Below are positions 28,667 through 37,712 of a DNA stretch of 47,389 nt, one piece after another. Source of the DNA: Candidatus Moraniibacteriota bacterium (lineage in GTDB: Bacteria; Patescibacteriota; Minisyncoccia; Moranbacterales; GWC2-37-73); NCBI GenBank assembly GCA_003507445.1, contig DNVR01000010.1, positions 1-47,389 of the forward strand, given 5' to 3'. Under the pieces are notes generated by a model. The model was not told where the DNA came from and did no database searches. It worked only from the letters and a program-made list of their open reading frames with translations. The position numbers and the translations under genes were made by a program. The stretch's first letter is position 1; every line of letters starts with the position of its first letter.

Positions 28667-29464
28667 ATGAAGGGAATTGTGTTGGCTGGCGGAACAGCGA
28701 CAAGGCTTTTTCCAATGACAGCAACCACCAGCAAGCAACTTTTGCCAGTATACGACAGGCAAATGATTTTTTATCCACTTAACACTTTGATTAAGGCTGG
28801 TATTAAGGATATTTTGGTTATTGTGGCACCAGAACATTCTGGACAATTTTTAAATCTACTTGGATCGCTATTGAAAAAACATGGGATTCATATTACATTT
28901 GAAGTGCAATCCTCGCCGCGAGGACTTGCTGAAGCACTGACACTTGGCGAAAATCATATTGGAGAGGACAACGTGGCTCTTATTTTGGGAGATAACATCT
29001 TTGAAGATGATTTCGCTTCACAAATAAAAGCTTTCCGAGGTGGAGGGCACGTCTTTGCCAAAAAAGTTTCTGACCCTGAAAGATTTGGGGTTGTGAAATT
29101 TAACAAAAACAATAAAGCGATTGAAATTGTAGAAAAACCAGTTGAATGGATTAGTGATTACGCTGTGACCGGACTTTATCTATATGACAACAATTGTGTT
29201 GAGATTGCTAAGAATATGAAACCATCGGATCGTGGAGAAATTGAAATAACAGATGTTAACAAAGCATATCTCAAGAAAAAACAATTGGAAGTTACATTGT
29301 TTGATGGGCAGTGGCTTGATGCTGGAACTCCCGATTCTCTTTTGGAAGCAAGTATTATTGTTAAGGAAAAAGGAATCAGCAGAAATTTTCATCCAATTCT
29401 AGATGAAGCAATCAAAGAATTCAACGAGGAATTGAAAATTCGCAGCAAAAAACGTTTACAGTAA
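28667..29464 (+). CDS. rfbA: Glucose-1-phosphate thymidylyltransferase (short form); start could be 28631
   Basis: MKGIVLAGGTATRLFP, KQLLPVYD, LILGDN, EKP, RGEIEITD, WLDAGT. Confidence 0.93.
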   Translation: MKGIVLAGGTATRLFPMTATTSKQLLPVYDRQMIFYPLNTLIKAGIKDILVIVAPEHSGQFLNLLGSLLKKHGIHITFEVQSSPRGLAEALTLGENHIGEDNVALILGDNIFEDDFASQIKAFRGGGHVFAKKVSDPERFGVVKFNKNNKAIEIVEKPVEWISDYAVTGLYLYDNNCVEIAKNMKPSDRGEIEITDVNKAYLKKKQLEVTLFDGQWLDAGTPDSLLEASIIVKEKGISRNFHPILDEAIKEFNEELKIRSKKRLQ

Positions 29465-29470
29465 AACCTG

Positions 29471-29587
29471 TGTCATTCCCGCGGAGGCGGGAATCCAGGA
29501 TAGTAAAATAAAATAGTTGATTTATAATTATTACTATAGAAACATTTCGCGCTAAACCGTGGACTGCGGCTCAAGCTCGGAATGACA
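29471..29587. repeat. Palindromic element, family B
   Basis: TGTCATTCCCGCGGAGGCGGGAATCCAGG ... GGAATGACA; closely related to the 44192 copy. Confidence 0.85.
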
Positions 29588-29595
29588 CGAAAAAA

Positions 29596-30468
29596 ATGCA
29601 AAAAATTAAAAAAGCTATTATTGCAGTTGCGGGTAGTGGAACACGTCTTTTGCCAGCGACAAAATCTATGCCAAAAGAAATGCTGCCTATTGTAGATAAA
29701 CCAATTATACAATTAGTAGTTGAAGAATTGGTTGAGGCTGGCATAGAAGACATCATTTTTGTTACTCGTTGGGATAAAAAACCACTGGAAGATCATTTTG
29801 ATCATAGCAGTGCATTGGAAGATGATTTAAGAAAAAATGGAAAAGTTGCTTATGCTGATGAAATTGAACGTATAGCTGAAATGGCAAATTTCATTCATGT
29901 TCGTCAAAAAGGTCCTTATGGCAATGGCACACCAGTTCTTTCAGCGGCAAGCTTGGTTGATAATGAGCCTTTTGTTTTTGTCTGGGGAGATGATTTGGTT
30001 AAATCAAGAGTTTCTTTTACCAAACAAATGATAGAAGATTATGAAAAACATGGTCATCTTATGATTGGCGTGCAAGAAGTTTTACCTGAAGTTGTAAATC
30101 GTTATGGAATTGTGAAGCTTAGAGAAGGTACAAATGAAATTGAAGATATAATAGAAAAACCATCAATCGAAGAAGCTCCATCATGCCTAGCTGATTTTGG
30201 ACGAATGATTTTGGATCAAGATTTTATAAATATACTCAGAAAAACTGCACTTGGAAAAGGTAATGAGCTTTGGATTGTTGATGCAATTAAAACATATGTA
30301 CAGCAAGGTGGAATATTTATAGCTAAAGAACTTAAGGATGGACAATGGCTTACAACTGGAGATCCATTGAATTATCTGAAAGCCATTATGGCGTATGCTG
30401 TAGATCGAGAAGACTTAAATGGAGAACTGAAAGAATACATTACCCAGCTTTACTCCCAAAAATCATAG
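29596..30468 (+). CDS. galU: UTP-glucose-1-phosphate uridylyltransferase
   Basis: KKAIIAVAGSGTRLLPATKSMPKEMLPIVDKP, EDHFD, IIEKP. Confidence 0.9.
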   Translation: MQKIKKAIIAVAGSGTRLLPATKSMPKEMLPIVDKPIIQLVVEELVEAGIEDIIFVTRWDKKPLEDHFDHSSALEDDLRKNGKVAYADEIERIAEMANFIHVRQKGPYGNGTPVLSAASLVDNEPFVFVWGDDLVKSRVSFTKQMIEDYEKHGHLMIGVQEVLPEVVNRYGIVKLREGTNEIEDIIEKPSIEEAPSCLADFGRMILDQDFINILRKTALGKGNELWIVDAIKTYVQQGGIFIAKELKDGQWLTTGDPLNYLKAIMAYAVDREDLNGELKEYITQLYSQKS

Positions 30469-30499
30469 AAAAAATCCCGCTCAAAAGGCGGGATTTTTT
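30469..30499 (+). terminator. Intrinsic terminator
   Basis: AAAAAATCCCGC...GCGGGATTTTTT. Confidence 0.85.
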
Positions 30500-30534
30500 A
30501 TGATTTTTTATAGAGAAGAAAAAAATTTGATTGA

Positions 30535-30640
30535 CCCCGTTAGAAATTTCACAAGTATGTATTCTTAAGATATTGCGAATTGAAAAATAAAGCCTAAATA
30601 TTGGTTAAAAATAAATTTTTGAAATTTCTAACGGGGTTGA
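30535..30640. mobile_element. Palindromic element, family A variant
   Basis: Perfect IR CCCCGTTAGAAATTTCA / TGAAATTTCTAACGGGG with TTGA on both sides. Confidence 0.78.
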
Positions 30641-30665
30641 CACAAATCAAGCAATATGCCACAAT
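30637..30665 (+). promoter_or_regulatory. Putative promoter whose -35 overlaps the element end
   Basis: TTGACA-17nt-CACAAT with TGn extension. Confidence 0.55.
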
Positions 30666-30696
30666 AATTAACCATCTTTTAAAAGGCAACGGGGAT

Positions 30697-31389
30697 ATGT
30701 ATTGGATATACCTGACCATATTTACCTTTATAGTTTTTGTTCCAACCTTCGTGCGAAAGGGCTTTTATACTTTTGATGTGACTCAGACTCAAGAATTTGT
30801 GATTTTATTGCTTGGCTCCATCGCTATGGCAATGTATTTGTTTTTGGATAGAAAAATGAAAAAGAATGTTGCTGAAAAAGGCACCATTCAAATTCAAGCT
30901 AGTCGAATGAAAAAAGATTTGCAACAATCTTATTCATATATTGGAGAAATTAATCGTAAACTGGATATTTTAGAAAATATAGCTCTTGGATATCCTGAAA
31001 GTTCTAAATTGACACACAGAAATGAGAGTGAGCTGTACGAATCTATTATGGATGCCATCGCACTTTTTGGAAAATCAAAACAATTTGCACTGCGTTTTGT
31101 TTCCGCAATAGATTTTACCATATTTAAAGAAATTAAAAGTATCCCAAAAAATAAATTGGATTTTTCATTAAAAAATCGTAAGGTTGAAATAAATTATTTT
31201 GAATCGGAGGATTTTATTGTGGTAACGTCACCTAAAGCAATCGATAACATTTTTTCGTATATTGTAATAAAAAAAGAAATACCAAACCAGAAACTTGAGG
31301 ATGTTGAAATGATGAAAACTCTTGCCGCACAGGCGCTGTTTATTTTTATGTTTATGCGTCACAAAAAACAAATCAAATGTGTGATTTGA
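30697..31389 (+). CDS. Membrane protein: 2 TM, coiled coil, possible GAF-like domain
   Basis: Hydrophobic N-terminus from ATG 30697; upstream TTG lies inside the palindromic element. Confidence 0.75.
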   Translation: MYWIYLTIFTFIVFVPTFVRKGFYTFDVTQTQEFVILLLGSIAMAMYLFLDRKMKKNVAEKGTIQIQASRMKKDLQQSYSYIGEINRKLDILENIALGYPESSKLTHRNESELYESIMDAIALFGKSKQFALRFVSAIDFTIFKEIKSIPKNKLDFSLKNRKVEINYFESEDFIVVTSPKAIDNIFSYIVIKKEIPNQKLEDVEMMKTLAAQALFIFMFMRHKKQIKCVI

Positions 31390-31414
31390 CCCTGCCATAA
31401 GGAATGGTTATACT
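31386..31414 (+). promoter_or_regulatory. Putative rplI promoter
   Basis: TTGACC-17nt-TATACT. Confidence 0.6.
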
Positions 31415-31456
31415 TAGATAGTTAGCTGTATTTAAAAACTTTACGAACTACTCTAT

Positions 31457-31894
31457 ATGCAAGTAATATTCTTACAAGATGTTAAAAATGTTGGCAAAAA
31501 GGGACAAATAAAAAATGTTCCGGACGGTTATGCTCGCAATTTTCTTTTGGCTCGCAAATTGGCAACAGTAGCAACGCCAGCAAGTTTGGCGAGTGTTAAA
31601 CAAGAAGAGGACAAGAAGAAGCTCCAGACAGCCTTGGAAAAACAAACTGCTGCAAAATTAGCGACAGCTATCGAAGGCAAGAAATTTGTCATCAAGGCGC
31701 GGGCAAAAGATGGAAAACTTTTTGGTTCAATCACTGCTAAGGACATAAACAAAGAAATCAAAAAGGCTGGTTTTGATATTCCAGAAAAAGCTATTGCTGC
31801 TGATCATATTAAGGATTTAGGTGAAAAAAAGGTAATCATCAGCCTTGATTTTGGGATAAAAACAGAAATAATCCTAATGGTTGAACAAGCTTAA
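31457..31894 (+). CDS. rplI: 50S ribosomal protein L9
   Basis: [33 protein letters not shown]. Confidence 0.97.
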   Translation: MQVIFLQDVKNVGKKGQIKNVPDGYARNFLLARKLATVATPASLASVKQEEDKKKLQTALEKQTAAKLATAIEGKKFVIKARAKDGKLFGSITAKDINKEIKKAGFDIPEKAIAADHIKDLGEKKVIISLDFGIKTEIILMVEQA

Positions 31895-32010
31895 AAAAAG
31901 GTATATACTAGAAAATAAGGGGTTGGACTTTTTAGCAATAAAACAGGGGTCGCATTTAAGCGACTTTTTGCATATCCATAATATCTTAATTAATTAGGGG
32001 ATAAAACAAA

Positions 32011-33654
32011 ATGGAAAATCGAAAATACATCTTTGTGATGGGGGGAGTGATGAGCGGTGTGGGAAAGGGGATTACAACATCTTCAATCGGTGCAATTTTG
32101 AAAGCTCGAGGATACAAAGTAACAGCGCTTAAAATTGATCCGTATGTGAATGTTGATGCCGGAACAATGAACCCAACTGAGCATGGAGAAGTTTTCGTGT
32201 TGGATGATGGCGATGAAACTGATCAGGATATGGGAAATTATGAGCGTTTTATGGACATCACACTTTCTCGCGATAATTATATGACAACTGGTCGCGTGTA
32301 TGAATCAGTGATTCATCGTGAGCGCAATTTGGAATATGCCGGAAAGTGTGTGCAGGTTGTGCCGCACATTCCATTGGAAGTTATCGACCGCATCGTGCAC
32401 GCGTCAAACAAGGACAAATCTGAAATAACACTGATCGAAATTGGTGGAACTGTCGGCGAATATGAAAACATCCTGTTTATGGAGGCCATTCGTATGATGA
32501 AAATCAAGCATCCAGAAGATGTGCTTTCCGTGATGGTAAGTTACGTTCCTTGTCCTAATATGGTGGGAGAAATGAAAACCAAACCAACACAACACGCCGT
32601 GCGAACGGTAAACGCTGCTGGTGTTCAACCAGACATCATTGTGGCTCGCTCTGAAATGCCGATGGATGCCAAGCGCAAAGAAAAGATTTCAAATTTCTGC
32701 TCTGTGGCTGAAGAATGTGTGATCAGTGCTCCTGACGCCAAAAGTGTATATGAAGTTATTACTAATTTCGAACGTGACAACTTGAGCAAAATTATTCTTA
32801 AGAAACTTCGACTTAAACCAAAAAAATCAGATTTGAAAGAGTGGGAAGATTTAATCAAGCGCGTAAAAGGTCTTGATGGTAAAGTTAAGATTGGAATAGT
32901 TGGAAAATATTTTGGCACAGGAGACTTTGTTTTGTCTGATGCATATATCAGTGTGATTGAAGCAATTAAACACGCTGGGTATAAAGTTGGCGTGAAAACA
33001 GAGATGGATTGGATAAACTCTGAAATTTTCGAAAAGGATCCAGAAAAAATAGAAGAACTTTCTGAGTATGACGGAATCCTGGTTCCAGGGGGATTTGGTG
33101 GACGCGGAATTGAAGGAAAAATCAAAGCTATCAAATATTGTCGAGAAAATTTAATTCCATATTTTGGAATTTGCTATGGAATGCAGCTTCAAGTCATTGA
33201 ATATGCTCGCAATGTTCTTGGTCTTGGAGAAGCGCATACAACTGAAATAAACCGCGACACAAAACATCCCGTGATTGATATTATGCCTGAACAAAAAAAG
33301 AATCTGGAAGATGGAAACTATGGGGCAACAATGAGACTTGGCGCATATGATGCAGTGTTGGAAAAAGGCACTCTTGCATATGATGGATACAAAAAAACAA
33401 AAATTTCCGAACGTCACAGACATCGTTGGGAAGTTAATCCAAAATATATCAAACAAATTGAAAAAGCAGGACTTGTTTTCTCTGGAAAATCTCCAGATGG
33501 AAAATTGATGGAAATTGCCGAGCTTCCAAAATCTCAGCATCCATTTTTCCTCGGCGCACAATTCCACCCAGAGTTCAAATCTTCTCCACTCAAATCACAT
33601 CCACTTTTCTTTGAATTTGTAAAAGCATCCAAAACAAGAAGCGGAAAGAAGTAA
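32011..33654 (+). CDS. pyrG: CTP synthase
   Basis: GGVMSGVGKG, KIDPYVNVDAGTM.P.EHGEVFV, KTKPTQ, GICYGMQ, QFHPEF. Confidence 0.98.
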   Translation: MENRKYIFVMGGVMSGVGKGITTSSIGAILKARGYKVTALKIDPYVNVDAGTMNPTEHGEVFVLDDGDETDQDMGNYERFMDITLSRDNYMTTGRVYESVIHRERNLEYAGKCVQVVPHIPLEVIDRIVHASNKDKSEITLIEIGGTVGEYENILFMEAIRMMKIKHPEDVLSVMVSYVPCPNMVGEMKTKPTQHAVRTVNAAGVQPDIIVARSEMPMDAKRKEKISNFCSVAEECVISAPDAKSVYEVITNFERDNLSKIILKKLRLKPKKSDLKEWEDLIKRVKGLDGKVKIGIVGKYFGTGDFVLSDAYISVIEAIKHAGYKVGVKTEMDWINSEIFEKDPEKIEELSEYDGILVPGGFGGRGIEGKIKAIKYCRENLIPYFGICYGMQLQVIEYARNVLGLGEAHTTEINRDTKHPVIDIMPEQKKNLEDGNYGATMRLGAYDAVLEKGTLAYDGYKKTKISERHRHRWEVNPKYIKQIEKAGLVFSGKSPDGKLMEIAELPKSQHPFFLGAQFHPEFKSSPLKSHPLFFEFVKASKTRSGKK

Positions 33655-33725
33655 AAAGTTATAAAGTCAAAAGTTTAAAGTTTATAAAGCAAATTTCTTG
33701 TCATTCCCGTGAAAACGAGAATCTA
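33654..33725. repeat. AAAGTT-type tandem repeats followed by a family B half element (33699-33725)
   Basis: aaagttataaagtcaaaagtttaaagtttataaag; TGTCATTCCCGTGAAAACGAGAATCTA. Confidence 0.6.
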
Positions 33726-33743
33726 GATTTTGAGTCTTTTAAT

Positions 33744-34304
33744 ATGTCCAAAGAATATCTTGATATTGTCGATGAAAAAGGAAATCTTACTGGAGAAAAA
33801 GAGCTCCGCAGTGTTTGTCATGAAAAAGGTCTTTGGCACAGAACGGTGCATATCTATTGCTATCGTTTTGCAAACAATGAATTAGAATTCATTGTTCATC
33901 TTAGAGCTAAAAATAAACAACAAAATCCTGATAAGTGGACAACTCGTTTTGGAGGTCATGTTGAATCTGGACACACATTGGAAGAAACAGTGACCAAGGA
34001 ATTATTCGAAGAAGCAGGAATAAAAGCTGAGTCAAAAAATATGATAAGTGGAATTAGGAGAATATTCGATGGATTTGCAGATTATAGTGATCCGCAGAAA
34101 AATAGAGAGATAACTCAAGCCTATTATTACAATTATGATAAGCCCGTAGAGACACTTGAATTTAATGATGGAGAAGTACAGGAAGCCAAATGGATGTCAG
34201 TGAAAGAAATAAAAAAAGAAATTTCAACCAAAGACAATTGGGTTCCCACAATACATGGTGTTGAATCTATAGTAAATGATCTTCTCTCGAAAATAACTCG
34301 ATAA
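33744..34304 (+). CDS. NUDIX hydrolase (IPP-isomerase-like subfamily)
   Basis: GLWHRTVH, GGHVESG...KELFEEAGI Nudix box. Confidence 0.88.
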   Translation: MSKEYLDIVDEKGNLTGEKELRSVCHEKGLWHRTVHIYCYRFANNELEFIVHLRAKNKQQNPDKWTTRFGGHVESGHTLEETVTKELFEEAGIKAESKNMISGIRRIFDGFADYSDPQKNREITQAYYYNYDKPVETLEFNDGEVQEAKWMSVKEIKKEISTKDNWVPTIHGVESIVNDLLSKITR

Positions 34305-34335
34305 AAAAAGAAACCTCCTGCGAGGTTTCTTTTTT
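34304..34335. terminator. Bidirectional terminator
   Basis: AAAAAAGAAACCTC-CTGC-GAGGTTTCTTTTTT between convergent genes. Confidence 0.85.
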
Positions 34336-34382
34336 ATGTGCGTGCATTTTATACGAAATACTACATACAAGATACGAGATAC

Positions 34383-34844
34383 TTATTTTGCTTTCTTTGT
34401 TTCTCTCGCAACCAAATGCTTTCTTGTTGTCTTTCTCATATTTGGTTTTCTTGCAACTTTCCAAGCTCCTTTTTTCTTGCCAGCTTCATTGGTCTTAAGA
34501 TTAACGCGAAGTTTTGCTCCAGCTTTCTTAGCACCAGTTTTCTTAGGTTTGATTTCAATCGGTGTTTCAGATTTTTCAACTGCAACATAACGACGAGTTA
34601 CCAACACTCCTGTAAAGTTTCGAACTTTCTTTGAAGTGAATTTTACAATTCCATCAACGAGAGCCATCAATGTGTCGTCATTGCAACGCATCACATTTTT
34701 TCCTGCGTGATATTTTGTTCCACGTTGTCGAACGATGATGTTTCCAGTTTTTACTTTTTGATTTCCAAAGATCTTAACACCAAGTCTTTTCGAGATCGAA
34801 TCTCGTCCGAGTTGGGTAGACCCACCGGCCTTACGATGCGCCAT
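34383..34844 (-). CDS. rpmA: 50S ribosomal protein L27 with a long basic C-terminal extension
   Basis: [30 protein letters not shown]. Confidence 0.96.
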   Translation of the reverse strand: MAHRKAGGSTQLGRDSISKRLGVKIFGNQKVKTGNIIVRQRGTKYHAGKNVMRCNDDTLMALVDGIVKFTSKKVRNFTGVLVTRRYVAVEKSETPIEIKPKKTGAKKAGAKLRVNLKTNEAGKKKGAWKVARKPNMRKTTRKHLVARETKKAK

Positions 34845-35010
34845 ACAAAAGTTAAAAGTTGAAAGTGAAAAGTTAAAAGCAAAATGCCTTCACAATTCAA
34901 ATTAAACTTACTAATTTATATTTTTTAAAAAATAATTCCACAAGTATTTTTTGCAGTTACACAATATCCATAAATATTATATAATGCTAGAAAGGATGTG
35001 GGGTTCAAAT

Positions 35011-35110
35011 GTGACAAGTAAATTTCGTTTGGATTCATTTTGGCCTGCCTACCGGTAGGTAGACAATGAAATGCGCCCAGCGCGGGAGCCCAAAGAGAAC
35101 TTATTGTCAC
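35011..35110 (-). other. Structured segment in the long rpmA leader, containing the palindrome CTGCCTACCGGTAGGTAG
   Basis: Outer stem 35011-35032/35090-35110; inner TTCATT/AATGAA stem capped by the palindrome at 35045-35062. Confidence 0.55.
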
Positions 35111-35127
35111 TCAGTGTTACAGGATTT

Positions 35128-35155
35128 ATTCTAACAGAAATAATGATTATGTCAA
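35128..35155 (-). promoter_or_regulatory. Putative promoter toward rpmA
   Basis: Minus strand TTGACA-16nt-TAGAAT with TGn extension. Confidence 0.6.
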
Positions 35156-35192
35156 TCCTGTCGCTCACGAGCGACGGGATCAACCTCCTTAT

Positions 35193-35621
35193 ATGTCAAA
35201 AATAAAAGACTTTTTTATAAAAAATGAGACTAAAATTGTACTTTTTGTCGGTTTTTGCCTGATTAGCGCTATTTCCTTTGAATTTGGGGTGTTGCAAGGT
35301 CAAAAATGGCAGCAAAAGCCCCTAGTAATCGAGAAGCCTTCTGACACACGAGAAGGGCAGCAAACTGCAACTCAGGGCAATTTAGAAGCCTCTAGCGCGA
35401 CTAAAACCATCACAACACCCCAAATAGCTGTCCAAGGAGCCGCAACAACTAACACCTCGTCTTGTGCCTATGTTGGCAGCAAAAATTCCGACAAATTTTA
35501 CCTCCCAACCTGTTCCTACGCCAAACGCGTCAAGCCTGAAAACCTTGTCTGTTTTAAGACCGCAGAAGAGGCGCTCAGCCAAGGTCGCACCGAAAGCAAA
35601 TGCGGCGCCAGCACCAAATAA
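35193..35621 (+). CDS. Membrane-anchored protein with C-terminal Ada-type metal-binding domain
   Basis: YVGSKNSDKFYLPTCSYAKRVKPENLVCF.TAEEA..G. Confidence 0.8.
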   Translation: MSKIKDFFIKNETKIVLFVGFCLISAISFEFGVLQGQKWQQKPLVIEKPSDTREGQQTATQGNLEASSATKTITTPQIAVQGAATTNTSSCAYVGSKNSDKFYLPTCSYAKRVKPENLVCFKTAEEALSQGRTESKCGASTK

Positions 35622-35632
35622 CAATCAACAAC

Positions 35633-35676
35633 AAAATGGCAAGCACTATCATACTCGATAGCGTGATAGTGCTTGC
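35633..35676. repeat. Direct repeat copy 1 containing a 38-bp palindrome (putative TrpR-family operator)
   Basis: AAAATGGCAAGCACTATCATACTCGATAGCGTGATAGTGCTTGC. Confidence 0.85.
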
Positions 35677-35702
35677 CGAAAATATATAAACAAAAAAATA
35701 AT

Positions 35703-36251
35703 ATGGCAAAATATTATTCAAAATTATCCAAAAAAGAAATAGACAAAATTTTGTACCAACTTTGTCTGGCAATTGCTGAAATCAAAGATCCTAACGAGGC
35801 TGCGGAACTTTTGCGCGACCTACTTTCCTATAGGGAATCGGAAATGATTGCCAAGCGTCTTAAAATTGCAGAACTGCTTATTAAAGATTTGACTTATCAA
35901 GAAATAGAGGAAACTTTGAAAGTCAGTGCAACAACCATCGCTCGTGTGCATGAATGGCTTCAAATTTCAGGGGATGGATATCAAAAAGCAATCGCGAGAA
36001 CTAAAGGTAAAATTTCAAAACAAGATAATGCTGATGTAAATTTTGAAAATTGGAGCTCTCTTAAAAAGAAATTTCCCGCCTATTATTGGCCAGATATTTT
36101 GTTGGAGAACATCGTGACAAATGCCAACAAGAAGCAAAGAGCCCAAATGCAAGTTGTTATCGAAAAGTTAGATAAGGCCAAAGAAAAACCAGCGATTTAC
36201 AAAAAATTGAAGCGCTTAATCCTAGCAAGCAATCATATCCAAAAACAATGA
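35703..36251 (+). CDS. TrpR-like (YerC/YecD family) DNA-binding protein with C-terminal extension
   Basis: LRDLLS..E..MIAKRLKIA.LL....TYQEI...LKVSATTIARV...L....GY. Confidence 0.88.
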   Translation: MAKYYSKLSKKEIDKILYQLCLAIAEIKDPNEAAELLRDLLSYRESEMIAKRLKIAELLIKDLTYQEIEETLKVSATTIARVHEWLQISGDGYQKAIARTKGKISKQDNADVNFENWSSLKKKFPAYYWPDILLENIVTNANKKQRAQMQVVIEKLDKAKEKPAIYKKLKRLILASNHIQKQ

Positions 36252-36263
36252 CGGCACAAACCA

Positions 36264-36307
36264 AAAATGGCAAGCACTATCACACTCGATAGTGTGATAG
36301 TGCTTGC
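36264..36307. repeat. Direct repeat copy 2 (perfect 17-bp-arm palindrome)
   Basis: AAAATGGCAAGCACTATCACACTCGATAGTGTGATAGTGCTTGC; 42/44 identical to copy 1. Confidence 0.85.
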
Positions 36308-36422
36308 TTAAATTGTTTCGATAGTGTGTGTTTGAAAGATATTTGAAAATCGGGTATGCTTTAAAGGTACCCAAGTGCAACTTTGCAAGGAAATACATGT
36401 AAGTCATAAGCTAAAAAAATAT

Positions 36423-37061
36423 ATGCGAGACGTTACCATGTTTGAAGCCTTAAGAAATATGAAGAGTGCGGAAAGTAATTTTAAAGATATATCAAAAATA
36501 AAAGGTTGGATAACTTTTGTTGATTCTTATTTAAAAATTTCTGATCAGGGTATAAATTATTATTTACAAATCAAACAAAAAAGTAATAACGACAAATATA
36601 TCTTAATTCCAATTGTATACAATTTAAAGCATTCTTTGGAATTAATATTGAAGACACTTGAAAAGTTGCAAAGTAACAAGGGAAATTCTTGTGTAACAAA
36701 ATCACACAACTTACACGCAATATTGAAAAACTTATCCAAAAAAGATCCAGAAATTAAGGACATTTGTGAAAAATTGGAGGGGATTATTTGGCAATATTAT
36801 TCTTTAAAAATTCTGCCTTTCTTTTATAATCAGCAGGGTGTACCACCAATTTCATTTGAAGATCGCGCAAATACATTTTTTAAATACCCCGAACTTGAAA
36901 CAGAAAAAGACAACGAGAGGGATTTTTCCGTTTTTATTGATTTCGACTTTATTATGCAGAATATTGATGATAACACATTCCTAAGTATACAAGCCGATCT
37001 CAATGAAATAAGAAGAATTTTCGGCGATGTTCTTAATCAAATATCTAAAACACGTAGATAG
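36423..37061 (+). CDS. Hypothetical protein, HEPN-like
   Basis: PIVYNLKHSLELILK ... SHNL and F.YP motifs resemble HEPN-fold proteins; very AT-rich; start uncertain. Confidence 0.55.
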   Translation: MRDVTMFEALRNMKSAESNFKDISKIKGWITFVDSYLKISDQGINYYLQIKQKSNNDKYILIPIVYNLKHSLELILKTLEKLQSNKGNSCVTKSHNLHAILKNLSKKDPEIKDICEKLEGIIWQYYSLKILPFFYNQQGVPPISFEDRANTFFKYPELETEKDNERDFSVFIDFDFIMQNIDDNTFLSIQADLNEIRRIFGDVLNQISKTRR

Positions 37062-37097
37062 TTAATATTATAAAAAAATACTAAAAAATTAAACGGT

Positions 37098-37406
37098 ATG
37101 GAAAATAAACAGGTTAAAACATTTGAGGAAATTGAGGAGCATTTGAAGACCAATTTGATGCAGATTGGGATGGAGATTGCGGAGATTGAGAATTTTTTGA
37201 AGTTGGGAGAAGAGCTTTTGGAAAAAGAAAGGAAGTTGCAAGATGGAAGTCCGGTCAAAAATGAAGAAATTATTGAAAAATATAAAAATGATATTGAAAA
37301 GTTGCAAAAGGGTTTGGAGATGTTTTTGGGGATTAGAGATGAAATGCAAAACACTTTAGCCAAGCTTGCTGAGACAAAAGCCAAAGCCGATGAGCATATC
37401 AGATAA
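37098..37406 (+). CDS. Hypothetical coiled-coil protein
   Basis: 102-aa Glu/Lys/Leu-rich ORF. Confidence 0.7.
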   Translation: MENKQVKTFEEIEEHLKTNLMQIGMEIAEIENFLKLGEELLEKERKLQDGSPVKNEEIIEKYKNDIEKLQKGLEMFLGIRDEMQNTLAKLAETKAKADEHIR

Positions 37407-37441
37407 GTTATAAAGTTATAAAGTTATAAAGTTCATAAAGT
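37404..37441. repeat. Octamer tandem repeat (TATAAAGT)
   Basis: taagttataaagttataaagttataaagttcataaagt. Confidence 0.8.
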
Positions 37442-37447
37442 AAGTCA

Positions 37448-37674
37448 GGCTCATATTTGCATCCCGCATTCCCTTTGCACCATATGAAGTACGTAGGCGA
37501 AAAACGAGTGATGAGCGTTAAAAAATTTTGAAACGTAGCGCCCGCTAGCAAGCGTAGGCGCGCAGTGTAAATTTTAGCGAAGAGCGAAATTTTTGCCACA
37601 GTATCTTCATCCGGTGCGAGCTTTTCTTTCCTCCAGGTTTCTTTTTGCGGGAAAAAGAAATGTGGAAATGAGCC
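37448..37674. other. GC-richer, extensively base-paired intergenic element
   Basis: Nested stems GGCTCAT/ATGAGCC, GCACC/GGTGC, ATGAAG/CTTCAT, GGCGAAAA/TTTTGCC, GCGCC/GGCGC, TTTCTTTT/AAAAGAAA. Confidence 0.65.
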
Positions 37675-37712
37675 CGTGCTATAATTAGTTAAATTAATTA
37701 TCAAATATTACT

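Noticed and set aside
21946..30696. Upstream start extensions at 21946, 28616 and 30601
   Set aside because: Each begins inside a repeat element; downstream ATGs match the expected N-termini
34990..35012. tRNA T-loop-like GGTTCAAAT
   Set aside because: No T-stem closure, cloverleaf or acceptor stem
35639..36307. Two-repeat mini-CRISPR or prophage att pair
   Set aside because: The repeats are 631 bp apart around an intact gene; no integrase or cas genes
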